Part shown: in pieces, positions 10,011 through 20,248 of the stretch
How the letters are laid out: the number at the start of each line of letters is the position of its first letter
Position numbering within the stretch: the first letter of the stretch is position 1
Source of the DNA: an uncultured Gemmatimonadota bacterium
Lineage (GTDB): Bacteria > Gemmatimonadota > CAZMKB01 > CAZNLH01
Assembly: GCA_964577985.1 (NCBI GenBank)
Contig: CAZOAR010000002.1
Span: forward strand, 13,130-77,129
Direction of reading: 5' to 3'
DNA: 64,000 bases
The notes under the pieces: generated by a model
What the model was told of the DNA's origin: nothing
Database searches by the model: none
The model's input: the letters and a program-made list of their open reading frames with translations, nothing else
Made by a program: the position numbers and the translations under genes

Positions 10011-11234
10011 ATGATGCGGAGGACCGTCGTGGCCTTTCTGGCCATTTTCGGGATGATGACGAGCACGTCTCCGGCCACTGTGACCCGCACGAAAACGATG
10101 GGACGGGTTGGGAACTGGGTATTCGATGACGAGAACATCCTCGCCTGGCCCTCGACTGTGGCGAGTTTCTCAAACCGTTTTCTCCTCGAACTCGGCGAGG
10201 ACGACGCGGCAAACGCTCCCTATGATCCCGCGATGGGCCCTGCGTTCCCCAATGGGTTCGGTGGCGGCGCCCTGTACGGCCTCAGCGATTCTCATCACAT
10301 CGGATTCCTCGTCACGGGAGACGACCGTTCCAGTGGCGGCGGAATCAGCGACGAATACTTCCCCGATGATCCTGCGACAGGTCTGCCAATGACGATTGAC
10401 GATCTCACTACTTTATTTTATGGATACAGGGTAGGTCACTTCGACCTCGGAGCCAACGTGACGGTCGGACAATCACGCAGCGAGCAGAGGATTCCTCCAC
10501 CCCGGAAGTACAAAGTGAGCGTCGCTCGCGTTGGATTCCAGTGGGGAGCCACCTATTGGACGGAGAAGAAGAATTCGGTGGCTGTGACGGTACAATACGC
10601 GGGGACATCTATAACCGAGGAGGATGCGAACCGCGTGAAATCCGAGGATGACGGATTCTACACGCTGGCAACACGGGCACGTATGTTCTGGAATTGCGCC
10701 GGGAGTGTTCAGCTCATCCCCTACGTCGAGTATCTACGTGAAAACCGTGGAATCAAGCGTGATTCCGATGGGGACGGGCGAAGAGCGGGAGACAAGACTG
10801 AGACCACCTCGTTCGACGTTGCTCTCGGCATCAACAATTCCCCCGGCGAGAAGATCCAGCTGATCTTCGTCGGCGGCATCCGTTTCTCCGACACGCACTA
10901 CACAACCCAGGGTGAAGATGCCGGGGATAGCGGTATTAATAAGGCCCCTTACCTCAAGGCAGGCATCGACGCGGGGTTACGTGACTGGCTCAATCTGCGG
11001 GCCGGTGTGGAGAAGCAGCTCTTCAGCTCCGACTCATCAGGTACCGTAAGTGATGCTGTCGGGCTGAAGGCCTCGGGCGCCGGATATCAGGGATACATAG
11101 GGGCAGGTATTAATCTCGGTGGCTGGAGCCTCGACGCTCAGATCAATCCGGCACTCTTCTTCGACGGGCCCAGTTTCATCGGGGGAGATGCCGGCCGGAT
11201 GAATACACGCATAAGCATCGTCCGAGCCTGGTAA
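10011..11234 (+). CDS. Outer-membrane beta-barrel protein (porin-like), hypothetical
   Basis: Signal peptide MMRRTVVAFLAIFGMMTSTSPA. Gly/Ser/aromatic-rich alternating sequence. C-terminal …RISIVRAW ends in an aromatic residue, as in OMP beta-signals. Confidence 0.55.
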   Translation: MMRRTVVAFLAIFGMMTSTSPATVTRTKTMGRVGNWVFDDENILAWPSTVASFSNRFLLELGEDDAANAPYDPAMGPAFPNGFGGGALYGLSDSHHIGFLVTGDDRSSGGGISDEYFPDDPATGLPMTIDDLTTLFYGYRVGHFDLGANVTVGQSRSEQRIPPPRKYKVSVARVGFQWGATYWTEKKNSVAVTVQYAGTSITEEDANRVKSEDDGFYTLATRARMFWNCAGSVQLIPYVEYLRENRGIKRDSDGDGRRAGDKTETTSFDVALGINNSPGEKIQLIFVGGIRFSDTHYTTQGEDAGDSGINKAPYLKAGIDAGLRDWLNLRAGVEKQLFSSDSSGTVSDAVGLKASGAGYQGYIGAGINLGGWSLDAQINPALFFDGPSFIGGDAGRMNTRISIVRAW

Positions 11235-11248
11235 CCCTTTTCCTCGCA

Positions 11249-11272
11249 CTTGACAGGGTACTTTTTGTCAAG
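11249..11272 (+). terminator. Candidate terminator hairpin after the outer-membrane protein gene
   Basis: CTTGACA-(10 nt)-TGTCAAG inverted repeat, followed by T-rich CTCCTGTTTTCCC. Sits between convergent genes. Confidence 0.35.
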
Positions 11273-11286
11273 CTCCTGTTTTCCCT

Positions 11287-11943
11287 TCAGAACGCGTTGG
11301 GATTCACATACTGCAGCACACTGGTGGTCTGTGGATTGTCGTGCCAGGAAGCAGCAATCGGAAGCCCGGATGCGGGGACCATGAGCACCCAGCTGGTGAG
11401 ACCCAGGCTCGGAACCGGGAAGACGGCTGGAATGCCGCCTGTCAGCGCGTAGGAACCTGCCCATGTCAGATTCTCGTCCAGCACGGTAATGGTCTGGGTG
11501 ATCGGGCTGTAAAGCCGGAAGAAGTCGTCGCTGCTGTTCGAGCCCTCTTTTGCTATCGTCTGGATGTAAGCAAGGTCGCGGTGAGGCGTGAGGACGCTTC
11601 CCTGATCCTTCAGGTGTACAGCGAAATCGTTTTGTCCATAAATCTCCACATAGTAAGGGGTGCCGACAGGGACACCGGGTGCCAGACTTGAGAGGAGAAA
11701 ATACTGTGACGGTATTGTGTTGAAGTCCCTCGCCGCCAGGTGGTGGGCTCCACTGTTGTCGACAAAATCGAAGTGGACCGAGTCACCGTACGGACAGAAG
11801 ATGTGGAACCCGATAGCCGAGGAGTCGGGGCCTGGCGTGTTCATCCCGACGTAGTAGTAGTGGTTCGACACCTGAGCAGTCAGCGGGGCGAACGATGAGA
11901 GAAGCAGAACAAAAAACGCGAAGGGGATGAGAAGACGGTTCAT
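11287..11943 (-). CDS. Secreted hypothetical protein
   Basis: Start moved to the internal MNRLLIPFAFFVLLLSSFAPLTAQ (signal peptide) with a GGGAGG RBS 6 nt upstream. C-terminus ends …NPNAF. Confidence 0.5.
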   Translation of the reverse strand: MNRLLIPFAFFVLLLSSFAPLTAQVSNHYYYVGMNTPGPDSSAIGFHIFCPYGDSVHFDFVDNSGAHHLAARDFNTIPSQYFLLSSLAPGVPVGTPYYVEIYGQNDFAVHLKDQGSVLTPHRDLAYIQTIAKEGSNSSDDFFRLYSPITQTITVLDENLTWAGSYALTGGIPAVFPVPSLGLTSWVLMVPASGLPIAASWHDNPQTTSVLQYVNPNAF

Positions 11944-12237
11944 TACAACCTCCCTGTAAAAAAAGAGTTTGGCCTTCCAGATTATCTGAAGGGTATTATA
12001 ACGCAATACCGGGAACTCCGCGGAGCACGGCCGGCGGACTTCCCCGGTCATGATGAGAGAATACCGACTTTCCCGTTTTTCTTGAAGTATTATATCACCG
12101 ACCGTGTGGAATTGTCAAGTGGACAGGGTATTCAGGAAACTCCCGCTAACTGTCCGTGTTGACACGGAATCCTCTTCGTGATAGGATTGTAGCTGTAGTA
12201 TGCTTTCCAGCCACCGCGCTCATCAGGTAGTGGATAA

Positions 12238-14646
12238 TTGAACGATACCAGCCGGACAGATACAGACAAAACCTCTCCCAACCACCAACGATGGATCATA
12301 TGGTCGATCCTGGCCGCCATCCTCTTCTCCGGCATGATATTCAGAATCTCGTATCTCGAGGAGATCGCGGGCAGTCCGGAGTTTTCCTACCCCTCGCTTG
12401 ACGCGGGCTACCACGATTACTGGGCGCGGGCACTGGCGACCGGAGACTGGACCGTCAAGGAGAATGAATGGCTCAGCAACTTCAGCGATCCGGAGATCCC
12501 CGCGAACCCTTATTTCAGGCCGCCCGGATACCCCTGGTTTCTTTCTCTCGTCTACTACCTGACCGGCAGCAGTCCTCTGGCCGCCAGGATAGTACAGATG
12601 ATGCTCGGGCTTATAAACTGTCTCCTCGCCTTCCTTCTCGCAAGAAAAGTGTATGGCAGCATTGAGGGGCTTATCCTCGCCTCGCTGATGGCCTCTTACT
12701 GGGCCTTCGTCTACTTCGAGGGCGAGCTGCTCGCACCTGTACTCACTATCACACTCCTGCTGTCGCTTGTCTACGCGCTCTGCCTCTGGTATGACAGCCA
12801 CTCTTTCCGGCACGCATTCGCGGCGGGTGTTCTGCTCGGATCGGCCTCTCTCGCGCGCCCTAACGTCCTCCTCTCGGGGCCGGTTATACTGGTCTGGATC
12901 TGGTGGGTGTCGAGACACGGCGGCGCCCTGGATTACACCGTGAAGTCGTGTATGAGATTCGCCCTGGCGGCGATGCTGGTAATCGCTCCGGTGACTATAC
13001 GAAACTATGTGGTTGCCCGGGATTTCGTGCTGATTACGTCCAACGCAGGGATCAATCTCTATATCGCCAACAATGAGGGCTCTGACGGCTTCACCCCGAG
13101 CGCGCGGGCACTGCAGGAATTGACCGGTATCGGGGGATGGAGGAGCAGCGATTACCCGAGGGTAGTGCGCGGCCTGGAGGCGAAATTCGGCAGGAAGATG
13201 AAGTACTCGGAGGTATCCTCCTATTTCGCCGGACTGGCGCTGGACTATGTCGGGCAACACCCCTGGGAGACACTGAGGCTCATCGCAAGAAAAGCAGCTC
13301 TTTTCTGGGGACCCGCGGAGGTGTCCAACAACAGGGAAATCTACTACGTTAAAGAGAATTCCCCTGTCCTGCGCTATTTCCCCGGTTTTCCACTGGTCGT
13401 GTCACTCTTCGTGGTCGGGCTGGCATGGCTTTTCGCCGATTGGAGGAGTCGCGCCGGAGTGGAGAGAATCACCCGTTCCCTGACGGACCGGGAGTTCGAG
13501 ATTTCCATACTGATCCTTCTCCTGATTATCGTATACTTCGTGTCATTTCTCCCATTTTTCGTAGCAGGCAGGTTTCGAACACCTCTCATACCGTTTCTTT
13601 TTCTGTTCGGCTCATACGGACTGCACCGTTCGGGTCAACTTGCCACGTCACGCTCTCTCTCCAGAATCGCGCTCCTGTCGGCAACCTACCTGGTAATCTA
13701 CATCGCGGCCCGCGTGCCTGTCGTCGCCTACACGCCCGATGCCGCCCGCTGGCATTTCAACCGCGGTGTCGCCCTCAGTATGGTGGGGCAACTGGAGGAG
13801 TCTTCTGTCGAGTATCTCCGGGCGATCGCGCTCGACCCGGACTTCGAACAGTGTCATCTCAACCTGGCCGATCTACTTGTGAAGAGAGAGGAATTCGATA
13901 AGGCTATCGAGCAGTACCTTGACGCCCTCCGTATCAAGCCGGGCCAGGCGAATGTCCACAATAATCTCGGTAACGCATATCAAATTACAGGCAACTTCGA
14001 AGAATCGATCAACCACTATCGCAAGGCGCTGGAGATCGCGCCGGACAACGCCTCTACATATTTCAACCTGGGGGTATCTTACCTGTCGCAGGACATGCCC
14101 GACGAGGCGATCGTCAGTTATGAAAAGACCATATCGTTGCAGCCCGACAATCCGAATGCACACTATAGCCTGGCAAATGTGCTGCGATTACTGGGACGAC
14201 AGGAAGAGGCGGTCCATCATTTTCGCGAGGCGATACGCCTGGCACCAACCTTCGTCGATGCGCAGGCGGGACTTGCCATGCTTCTGGCACAGAGGGGTGA
14301 TCATAAGGGAGCCATAGATCACTTTGAGCAGGCATTGGCTCTAAAACCGGATGACCTGCCTGCCCTGAACGGCCTTGCGTGGGTGCTGATGGACACCAGT
14401 AACAAGCAGTTCAGCGACCCGGAGCGTGCAGTCACCCTGGCCAGGAAGGCGTGCGAGTTGACCGGGAATAAGCATCCGGCGGTTTTGAACACAATGGCGG
14501 CCGCATATGCCTCTATTGGCGAGTTCGATATGGCGATAGAAACCGCTCAAAGGGCCATCGACCTTGCCACATCAGCACGAAGTGACCAGCTTGCAGACGC
14601 TATTCGGGAGCGACTGGAATTGTATCGACACGGAGAATCGAATTAG
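12238..14646 (+). CDS. GT-C family membrane glycosyltransferase (PMT/ArnT-like) fused to C-terminal TPR repeats
   Basis: 802 aa. About 12 predicted TM helices with an ArnT/PMT-like N-region (…YFRPPGYPWFLSLVYYLTG…). C-terminal third is canonical TPRs (…AHYSLANVLRLLGRQEEAVHHFREAIRLAP…). TTG start. Confidence 0.75.
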   Translation: MNDTSRTDTDKTSPNHQRWIIWSILAAILFSGMIFRISYLEEIAGSPEFSYPSLDAGYHDYWARALATGDWTVKENEWLSNFSDPEIPANPYFRPPGYPWFLSLVYYLTGSSPLAARIVQMMLGLINCLLAFLLARKVYGSIEGLILASLMASYWAFVYFEGELLAPVLTITLLLSLVYALCLWYDSHSFRHAFAAGVLLGSASLARPNVLLSGPVILVWIWWVSRHGGALDYTVKSCMRFALAAMLVIAPVTIRNYVVARDFVLITSNAGINLYIANNEGSDGFTPSARALQELTGIGGWRSSDYPRVVRGLEAKFGRKMKYSEVSSYFAGLALDYVGQHPWETLRLIARKAALFWGPAEVSNNREIYYVKENSPVLRYFPGFPLVVSLFVVGLAWLFADWRSRAGVERITRSLTDREFEISILILLLIIVYFVSFLPFFVAGRFRTPLIPFLFLFGSYGLHRSGQLATSRSLSRIALLSATYLVIYIAARVPVVAYTPDAARWHFNRGVALSMVGQLEESSVEYLRAIALDPDFEQCHLNLADLLVKREEFDKAIEQYLDALRIKPGQANVHNNLGNAYQITGNFEESINHYRKALEIAPDNASTYFNLGVSYLSQDMPDEAIVSYEKTISLQPDNPNAHYSLANVLRLLGRQEEAVHHFREAIRLAPTFVDAQAGLAMLLAQRGDHKGAIDHFEQALALKPDDLPALNGLAWVLMDTSNKQFSDPERAVTLARKACELTGNKHPAVLNTMAAAYASIGEFDMAIETAQRAIDLATSARSDQLADAIRERLELYRHGESN

Positions 14647-14672
14647 AATACGATCCTCTCAGACAATTCCCC

Positions 14673-14700
14673 TTGACAAATGACAGGGATCCGCTATATC
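14673..14700 (+). promoter_or_regulatory. Putative sigma-70-type promoter upstream of the leader ORF and radical-SAM gene
   Basis: TTGACA, 16-nt spacer, TATATC. Same TTGACAAA…TATAyC pattern as at ~9942 and ~25050; the ~15878 site shares the TTGACAAAA -35 box. Confidence 0.35.
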
Positions 14701-14725
14701 ATCACACGCTGGGGAGAGCATCTCC

Positions 14726-14779
14726 ATGTGTCCTGATCTGATCATCACCACGAAGAAGAATAATGAGAAAACTCAATAA
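14726..14779 (+). CDS. Small leader ORF (17 aa, MCPDLIITTKKNNEKTQ) overlapping the radical-SAM start
   Basis: ATG preceded by GGGGAGAG at 7-8 nt spacing. Ends 16 nt into the radical-SAM gene in another frame. May be a leader peptide or a precursor peptide, or may not be translated. Confidence 0.2.
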   Translation: MCPDLIITTKKNNEKTQ

Positions 14780-15767
14780 GTCGCTGGCGATGTGGATGAT
14801 CGCCAGGGGCACTCTCAGCTATAACATAAAAAGGCCTATCAACGTCTCTTTCGAACTTACCCACTCCTGCACATGCAATTGTCTCCACTGCGACCACGGC
14901 GGCATGGTCCCGCGAGAAGTAAGGCTCACTCCACTGGATTACGGAAGACTCGAGAGGGAGATAAAGCCCACACTGCTCCAACTTTCCGGCGGAGAACCGC
15001 TGTTGCGGCCCGACCTGCTCCACATAATAAAAGCCGTTAAAGAAAAATCGGGGCTGCCCTATCTCATAGTGGTAACAAACGGGAGTCTCCTGAAAGAAGA
15101 TTTTTATCTTGCCTGTGTAGAGGCAGGGGTCAATCAGTTTTCAATCTCCCTCGATTTTCCGGATGCTCGTCACGATGAATTTCGCAGGCACGATGGCCTT
15201 TTTCAACACCTTTCCGATCTGCTGCCCAAACTGGCCGCCCACGGTCACGAGAATATCGTACTGAACACGGCCGTTACCAGCTTGAACCTTCCCTTGCTCG
15301 AGGCGTGTCATGAAAAGGCGGTGGAATGGGATGTAGACATCTCCTACAGCCCCTACACTGCGAAACGCACAGGTGAATCTAAATACAGCGTCGAAGATCC
15401 GGAGGAACTGGAACTCCTCGACGAAACCATGGCGAAGCTCTCCCGTCTGAAGAGAACCGAAGGCCGAATCGCGAACTCGGATTGGACGCTCACGGGCATC
15501 TCCGATTTTTTCAGGAACGGAGGAATCCCGGGATGCAGCGCGGGGGAGAGGTCCATAGTCGTCAACCCTGACGGTACTATGCGACCCTGTTCGATGTTCG
15601 ACCTGAAGTTCAAGGATCGCAGAGAGATGGCCGAGAAGTTTGTGAGGAACAACGACTGCAAAGAATGCTATGTGGCCATCAGGGCCTACCTCAACCAGAG
15701 CTACTGGAAGCTCCTCTTCAACAACCTCAGCGAACGGGTGCTGACGTCACGCCGTAACGGCCACTGA
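14763..15767 (+). CDS. Radical SAM enzyme with a Cys-rich C-terminal (SPASM/twitch-like) extension
   Basis: CxxxCxxC at residues about 34-41 (HSCTCNCLHC). GGEPLL SAM-binding motif. C-terminal cysteines CSAGERSIVVNPDGTMRPC…NDCKEC. Confidence 0.8.
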   Translation: MRKLNKSLAMWMIARGTLSYNIKRPINVSFELTHSCTCNCLHCDHGGMVPREVRLTPLDYGRLEREIKPTLLQLSGGEPLLRPDLLHIIKAVKEKSGLPYLIVVTNGSLLKEDFYLACVEAGVNQFSISLDFPDARHDEFRRHDGLFQHLSDLLPKLAAHGHENIVLNTAVTSLNLPLLEACHEKAVEWDVDISYSPYTAKRTGESKYSVEDPEELELLDETMAKLSRLKRTEGRIANSDWTLTGISDFFRNGGIPGCSAGERSIVVNPDGTMRPCSMFDLKFKDRREMAEKFVRNNDCKECYVAIRAYLNQSYWKLLFNNLSERVLTSRRNGH

Positions 15768-15877
15768 TCGGGAAAAATATGACCGTCCCCATTTGATCGT
15801 GTCGATGCAGTATTTCAGAACTCGAAGATTGAACGTTGACTGTCCCCATTTCCTTTGCCTTACCCGGCAGACCATCG

Positions 15878-15906
15878 TTGACAAAACCGTTTCCACTTGG
15901 TATCAT
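15878..15906 (+). promoter_or_regulatory. Putative sigma-70-type promoter for the secreted-protein / metalloprotease genes
   Basis: TTGACAAAA, 17-nt spacer, TATCAT. Confidence 0.35.
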
Positions 15907-15989
15907 AGGTCTTGATGTTGTGGATCTGTTTTGTTCGCGGGCACTGATATGCTCCCGGCAATAATGAGAAGATGGAAAGGAGTCGCGAC

Positions 15990-16553
15990 ATGATGCCGAG
16001 ATTTCCGGTGTTGACTATTCTGTTCCTGCTTGGCCTCTCTACCTGCGCCGACGCAATCACCGTCCTGCCCCTGAGTGAAAGGGATTTGACGAAGAGGGCG
16101 ACGGTAATAGTGATCGGAGAAGTGGAGGATGTTTATTCCGAATTCAACCGGGATGGTGGAACGATCTATACATTCGCGAAGCTCCGTGTCACACGGTCGC
16201 TCAAGGGTGAGATCGACAGCGAGCACATCACCCTCAGGCAGGTCGGCGGGACGGTGGGAGAACAGACAATTGTCCTGCCAGGAGCTCCGTCATACGCGAT
16301 CGGGGAAGAAATCCTCGTATTCGCCGGACCTTTCGCTCAGTCGGACGCATACGGGGTCCTCGGAATCTTCTATGGCAAATATGACATCGAGACCGACGCG
16401 CAGACCGGCAGGAAGACCGTAAATGGGCCATCGTTCGCGACGAAACACTATGACCCTGACACCCTCATGGAACTCCCGGGAAGGGAAAGACCGGACACGG
16501 TGGAGCTCGATGATTTTATCTCGGAGATAGAGTCCTACCTTAGAGATCTGTAG
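15990..16553 (+). CDS. Secreted hypothetical protein
   Basis: Signal peptide MMPRFPVLTILFLLGLSTCADA. GGAG sits 9 nt upstream of this Met. The ORF track starts 18 nt earlier, at 15972. Confidence 0.5.
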   Translation: MMPRFPVLTILFLLGLSTCADAITVLPLSERDLTKRATVIVIGEVEDVYSEFNRDGGTIYTFAKLRVTRSLKGEIDSEHITLRQVGGTVGEQTIVLPGAPSYAIGEEILVFAGPFAQSDAYGVLGIFYGKYDIETDAQTGRKTVNGPSFATKHYDPDTLMELPGRERPDTVELDDFISEIESYLRDL

Positions 16554-16578
16554 GACCCACACGGACAGGAGGCGCGTC

Positions 16579-18894
16579 ATGAAAGGCCATAAGATATCTG
16601 TTGCACTTCTTCTTGCACTGCTGACGGTTTTCTCGACCGTCAGCCAGATCCACTCCTACTGCCTGATAAGGGGCGGCTTGGGAGGACCCGGCAACAGGGA
16701 GGACTGCTGCGCGCAGGACATATCACAATGGCGATGGGAGAACATGCCTGTCCCGATGTGGATAAATGACGGCACCGATCCCGACCTGTGGGATGGCATC
16801 CGAGTGGCGTATGACGTGTGGAACGAGGTGCCATCATCCTATTTCACAGTGGTGGACAGCGGTTTCACTCCCATAAACTATGTCAACGCATACGACGGGG
16901 TCAACGTCGTCAGTTTCAGCAACGACTCGACGCAGTTTCCTCCCGGAAGCAACACTATCGCCTTCACATCGGGAAACTGGGGCGCCAGAGTCGGGGATGA
17001 TTACACGATTACGGGCTTCGACGTTATCTTCAACGATGTCGGGTTCAATTTCGGCTATCCTCCCCCTCCAGGGGCGTTCAGCGTGGTAGGAATCGCGGGT
17101 CATGAACTGGGCCACGCGTGGGCACTTGCTCACTGCTGGGAGGGAGGGCCTCCCGGGTGCGGCCCCAACTGCACGACATCGACCATGTACGGCTACTCGA
17201 GCCCGCCCGGTACGTCGGATGAAAGCCTTGAACTCGATGACATCGCCTCAATCACACTGGCATATCCGAAGTGGCTCCTGCAGGGGCTCGTTCGAGATGC
17301 GGGGACTCACGATCCTCTGGACGGCGCGCTCATTACCGCTACCGCCCCGGTGGCGAAAGACACGTTGATCTATGGATCACTTCCCGATTCGCTTCCCGGC
17401 AACGGATCGACGTGCGGGTATGTCGGAGGGGCGATATCGACCGACGGCAACGGTAACTTCGAGATGGCCACACTCGATTCCGTCTACGATATAGTGGTCT
17501 TCAAGAGTGGGTATATGCCGGACACGCTGCAGGTCGCGTTTACGGGGATCGAGACACTCCAGGTGAGGGCCGACCTTGGACCGTCTGCACTTAGCTCGAT
17601 TACAGGTACCCTCACAGACGAGGGTACTCAGGAAGGGATCAACGGTTTTGTAGTGCTCATGCAGAATGGTCAGCCGTATGACACCGTGGCCACCGACGCC
17701 TTGACCGGAGCTTTCACCTTTTCCGATGTCCCCGTCTCGCTCCCGCCTTTTGTGGTCTACACGGGTGTAGAACTCCTCGCCAGCATGCCATATCCCCGGT
17801 CGGAGGAGATAGATACCACGATCGAGGTCACACAGGGCGGGCCGAGCGTCGTGGATTTTGCTATCTCCCCGGCTGATGTTTTCCTCGTCGATGACGACGG
17901 TGGTGACACTTACGAAGACTATTTCATGAACGAGATCAACGCGGTGGGCAGGACATACTACCACTTCGACATCAACGCGGAGGGCGAATCGGCGGTCAAC
18001 TATGTCGGCGTCTTTCCCCTCTCTTCCATCGTTCTCTGGTTTACCGGCGATGTCACGGAGAATACGCTGTCCCAGACCGAGCAGGACAGCCTCGAGAACT
18101 TTCTCGATCGGGGAGGAGACCTCTTCCTCACGGGCCAGAATATCGCGGAGGACCTCGACGCCCAGGGGTATGGTTTCCTCGAAGACTATCTCCACGTCAC
18201 CCACGAGGGGAACGCCTCGTACTTCATGGCGAGGGGTGTGTTCAACAACCCCGTCACCGGCTTCCTGCAGTCATTTGTCACATCGGGCTCTGGTGGCGCC
18301 AACAACCAGACATCGCGTGATATCCTGTCTCCCGCGCCTCCCGCTGAGGAGTTCATATACTATGTCGCCAGCCCGGCGGATCTGACACCACTCGGGACTG
18401 CAGCGACCTACGTCGAGGGACCGAGTTCCTCGAAGGCGATACTGATGGGATTCGGGTTCGAAGCGATAAACAGTCAGGGGGATGATTCCACTCGCGTCAC
18501 GCGCGAAGAGGCGATGCTCGCGATACTCAACTGGTTCGACGATATTGTGGGCATTGGTGACAATGATGTGTCGAGCGGCGGGCCGGCACTTCCAAGGGCG
18601 TTCGCGTTGAAGCAGAACTATCCGAATCCGTTCAACCCGCAGACCTCGATCCAGTTCGCCATACCCGCGGAGGAGGGCGGCAGCAAGGCGGAAGAGAAGG
18701 TCGTGCTGAAGGTGTATGACATGAGAGGAAGGATGGTTGATAAGCTCGTCGACAAGGCCCTCTCATCCGGCATCTATACCGTGCAATGGGATGGGAAGGA
18801 CTCGCGGGGAGTCAGGGTGCCGTCGGGCGTATATTTCTACAAACTCATCTGGGGTGATCAATCGAGCACGAGGAAGATGGTAGTGCTCAAGTAG
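16579..18894 (+). CDS. Secreted zinc metalloprotease (metzincin/matrixin-like) with T9SS C-terminal sorting domain
   Basis: Signal peptide. HELGHAWALAH (HExxHxxxxxH) zinc-binding motif. C-terminal about 90 aa (…LKQNYPNPFNPQTSIQFAIP…VYDMRGRMV…GVYFYKLIWGDQSSTRKMVVLK) matches the Por/T9SS CTD pattern. Confidence 0.75.
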   Translation: MKGHKISVALLLALLTVFSTVSQIHSYCLIRGGLGGPGNREDCCAQDISQWRWENMPVPMWINDGTDPDLWDGIRVAYDVWNEVPSSYFTVVDSGFTPINYVNAYDGVNVVSFSNDSTQFPPGSNTIAFTSGNWGARVGDDYTITGFDVIFNDVGFNFGYPPPPGAFSVVGIAGHELGHAWALAHCWEGGPPGCGPNCTTSTMYGYSSPPGTSDESLELDDIASITLAYPKWLLQGLVRDAGTHDPLDGALITATAPVAKDTLIYGSLPDSLPGNGSTCGYVGGAISTDGNGNFEMATLDSVYDIVVFKSGYMPDTLQVAFTGIETLQVRADLGPSALSSITGTLTDEGTQEGINGFVVLMQNGQPYDTVATDALTGAFTFSDVPVSLPPFVVYTGVELLASMPYPRSEEIDTTIEVTQGGPSVVDFAISPADVFLVDDDGGDTYEDYFMNEINAVGRTYYHFDINAEGESAVNYVGVFPLSSIVLWFTGDVTENTLSQTEQDSLENFLDRGGDLFLTGQNIAEDLDAQGYGFLEDYLHVTHEGNASYFMARGVFNNPVTGFLQSFVTSGSGGANNQTSRDILSPAPPAEEFIYYVASPADLTPLGTAATYVEGPSSSKAILMGFGFEAINSQGDDSTRVTREEAMLAILNWFDDIVGIGDNDVSSGGPALPRAFALKQNYPNPFNPQTSIQFAIPAEEGGSKAEEKVVLKVYDMRGRMVDKLVDKALSSGIYTVQWDGKDSRGVRVPSGVYFYKLIWGDQSSTRKMVVLK

Positions 18895-18968
18895 AAAGGT
18901 CCATTGGGGAAAACAGAGGGGTCAGATCAGGAATATCGATTCAGGATCCGGCCCCTTTCATGTCCGGG

Positions 18969-19760
18969 CTATCTGATCCATTTCGCTCCGCGCTTCTCCA
19001 GAAACGCGGCCATCCCCTCCTGCGCCTCTTCTCCGGAGCGCAGGTCGGCGATGACACGAGCGGTGTACTCCTTCGCCTCCTCGAGAGACATCCCGCTTAT
19101 CTCGCGCAGGAACTCCTTGCATACCGCGAGGGCGTTCGGGCCCCCTGTAAGGAGGCTTGACACACGATCCTCCACCCTGCTGCGGAGGTCGGCGTGAGGG
19201 ACAACCTCGTTGACCAGCCCGACCTCTTTTGCTCTGCCTGCCGAGATCCGCTCACCGGTGAGGAATAACTCACGGCACGCCTTCTCTCCTATCCTCTTCA
19301 TCAGGTACGGCCCGATGCACGCCGGGACAAGCCCTATCTTCACCTCACTCAGGCTGAACCTCGCCTCATCGGACGCGATCACGATGTCGCACGCGGCCAC
19401 CAGGCCGTTGCTCCCGCCTATAGAGGCACCGTTGACACACGCTATTGTCGGTTTAGAGAGGTTGTAGAGGATGTACATCAGATCAGCAAGCCGGAGCGCG
19501 TCGTCGAGGTTCTCCTCCCGGGTGAAGTCCTTCATCTTCTTCATCCAGTTCACGTCAGCGCCCGCACAGAACGCCGTTCCGCCGCCGGTAATGACGATGG
19601 CTCGGATCGAGGCGTCTTTCTCCGTTCGATCGAGGGCGCGTGTCAGTTCCCCGATCATAACGTCATTGAAGGCGTTGCGCACCTCCGGCCGGTCGAGGGT
19701 TATCCTCGCGACCTGTTCTGTGCGTTCCATCTCTATTGTGTGATATTCGCCGTCCTTCAA
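18969..19760 (-). CDS. Enoyl-CoA hydratase/isomerase (crotonase family)
   Basis: 263 aa. Crotonase fold motifs (…AIVITGGGTAFCAGADV…, …ACVNGASIGGSNGLVAACDIVIAS…). Confidence 0.85.
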   Translation of the reverse strand: MKDGEYHTIEMERTEQVARITLDRPEVRNAFNDVMIGELTRALDRTEKDASIRAIVITGGGTAFCAGADVNWMKKMKDFTREENLDDALRLADLMYILYNLSKPTIACVNGASIGGSNGLVAACDIVIASDEARFSLSEVKIGLVPACIGPYLMKRIGEKACRELFLTGERISAGRAKEVGLVNEVVPHADLRSRVEDRVSSLLTGGPNALAVCKEFLREISGMSLEEAKEYTARVIADLRSGEEAQEGMAAFLEKRGAKWIR

Positions 19761-19849
19761 CTGTCTCCAGCCTGTTCACCGGGTCAGGAAAACGCCCCGA
19801 AAGGAAAAGGGTGTTTATCGAGGGGCACGCTTCTGATGCCTTCCCTGCC

Positions 19850-20248
19850 TCAGGCGATCTCCGGCACCGCCTTGTAACCATAACATAGGATGCCCGCTTC
19901 GCCCTCCTCCACAATCTTTCTGAACTCTATCCTTACCGGCATCCCGATCTCGATGTCGTCCGGGCCGCAATCGGCCACCTGGCACTGGATCATCACTCCG
20001 TCATCGAGTTCCACGACGGCTATCGGATAAGGGATGGCGTCACGAAATTCATCGGGACCGACGTGGATTACCGTAAATGTCGATACCTTCCCCCTGTCGG
20101 CGAGTGTGACCTGTTCGAAATCCTTCTTACCGCACTCCGCGCATATCAGCCTTGGCGGAAACCATACCTTTCCGCACCCCTTACACCGTGCTCCCTCGTA
20201 CCTGTACCGCTGCGGTATCTCTCTCCAGTATCTTGCTGATGTCGACAT
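19850..20248 (-). CDS. DUF35 protein (Zn-ribbon plus OB-fold), thiolase/HMGCS partner subunit
   Basis: 132 aa. CKGCGKVWFPPRLICAECG zinc ribbon followed by an OB-fold. Sits immediately downstream of the thiolase, as in archaeal-type thiolase/HMGCS complexes. Confidence 0.75.
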   Translation of the reverse strand: MSTSARYWREIPQRYRYEGARCKGCGKVWFPPRLICAECGKKDFEQVTLADRGKVSTFTVIHVGPDEFRDAIPYPIAVVELDDGVMIQCQVADCGPDDIEIGMPVRIEFRKIVEEGEAGILCYGYKAVPEIA

